Of a stretch of 64,000 bases of DNA, positions 62,867 through 64,000 are shown in pieces. The stretch is from Pelomyxa schiedti (Eukaryota; Protista; Evosea). The notes under the pieces were generated by a model. It searched no databases, was not told the origin of the DNA, and saw only the letters and a program-made list of their open reading frames with translations. The DNA lies in contig JAHLWZ010000571.1 of assembly GCA_020536535.1 (NCBI GenBank), positions 1-64,000 on the forward strand. Direction: 5' to 3'. How positions within the stretch are numbered: the stretch's first letter is position 1; every line of letters starts with the position of its first letter. A program made the translations under genes and the position numbers.

Positions 62867-64000
62867 ATGCGAAAAGGCACAACTTTTCGAAATCTTCGCG
62901 TGATGAACGAGGGTGACGGGTCGTGTGCGAGTGGCACTGACGTCGGGGGATTGCTGACCCCAGAAGCCCCGCTTTCTCCCTCCCATAATAATTGCAGTGA
63001 CGGAGGCTTGCTCTTGTCAAATCCCGACGGTACTTGGACTCCTTCTCCGCCGGGTGTTGTTCCTGCGTACATCCCATCCAACAGCAACGACAATCAAAAG
63101 GCGGCAGCCCCAACAGGTGAACTCAATTTGGTGAATGCGAGTGAGAATCTGAATGAGAGCGTGAGTGACGAGGGCAACGGGCTCCTGGGGTTTGTGGCAT
63201 CAAAAAAAGCGGGGACATTGGAGGCCCTTGTTAGGTACAGCTCTCATTTGGCTGATGATATTGAATCGGTATGTACTTATGGGTGCGTGAGCTTTATGAC
63301 GAATTATCCCTAGAGCACAAAGAATATCTTAAAAGAAATCGAAAAGGTGGATGTTTTGCAAGCTGAAATTAACAAATTTTTTTTTGAGACTCGACGCAGA
63401 CTGGTGCATTCTGCACTAGAGCATCAAGATGTAAAAACTGTTCACTTCCTTCCTAAATGGTGTAGATATCTTAAATCTAAATGACCAAACAGAGATCGTT
63501 CCAGCATTTGCAATGTTTGAATATGGCACAATTGTCAGTGAAACAGAGGGTATCTACCAAAAGGGTCTTGAGTCTCTTTTAATTTACCTCAAGCTTCTTT
63601 TTCCAAATGACCGCATAATATCCATATTAAAAGCTGCCGTCAGTCAAATATCAGTTCACTATGGTTCATGGTTTCCCTGTCCTAATACTCACTCAAAATA
63701 ACAGGCTCACATATCTGTGGAAATACCTGTTTACCCAAAGTATTTTCTTTTCTTGAAAAAGAGTCTTTGATGTCCTGTCGCACTGTATGCCGGAGTTTCA
63801 GGGATGCCATTACAGAAGGTACATGTTCTCCACACGCCCGGCGTCATTCTTACATTCTTTCAATAGTTTGCTCAATTCCCTGCACCCTCACTTCCCATGT
63901 CATTCCAACACCCACTTTTTTCTTGAGTGAAGAAAGCCGCTTTTCACTTGAGCACAAAACTCTTGTCACGCCCTCAATGGATTTTATGCTGTCTTTGTCA
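62867..64000 (+). CDS. Probable RhoGEF (DH-domain) gene, running off the window
   Basis: IVSETEGIYQKGLESL resembles the first DH helix; multi-exon. Confidence 0.4.

Noticed and set aside
1-64000. Prokaryotic or viral origin, or an alternative genetic code, as the cause of the fragmented ORFs
   Set aside because: The breaks in conserved genes (RPN6, ARL6, decarboxylase) are explained by short GT-AG introns under the standard code.

Overview
Compact, intron-rich eukaryotic DNA with short GT-AG introns and two 100-N scaffold gaps (1730-1829, 33280-33379). Lineage-specific gene families plus ARL6/BBS3 suggest a flagellated amoebozoan such as Pelomyxa; this is inference only. The main feature is a ~27 kb cluster (13.5-40.5 kb) of ADP-ribosylation and innate-immunity-like genes. 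It holds three different PARP-family transferases (CCCH-PARP, IFI44-like GTPase-Ubl-PARP, and a CCCH-PARP with duplicated copies), a degenerate NADAR fusion, a bacterial-type PARG fused to ~10 PBZ fingers and a DarT-like ART domain, an ARH/DraG hydrolase, a metzincin and a 3CxxC/RTP-like zinc protein. A decayed Ty3/gypsy element and local duplications interrupt it. To the right are mostly ordinary genes: a secreted beta-propeller glycosidase-like gene, a bacterial-type Orn/Lys/Arg decarboxylase, ARL6, a SLOG-like protein, RPN6, an RHD/IPT transcription factor and a probable RhoGEF. A circularly permuted tRNA-Phe(GAA) gene lies at ~61.8 kb. Gene models were spliced by eye, so boundaries are approximate and domain calls rest on motif recognition, not database searches.
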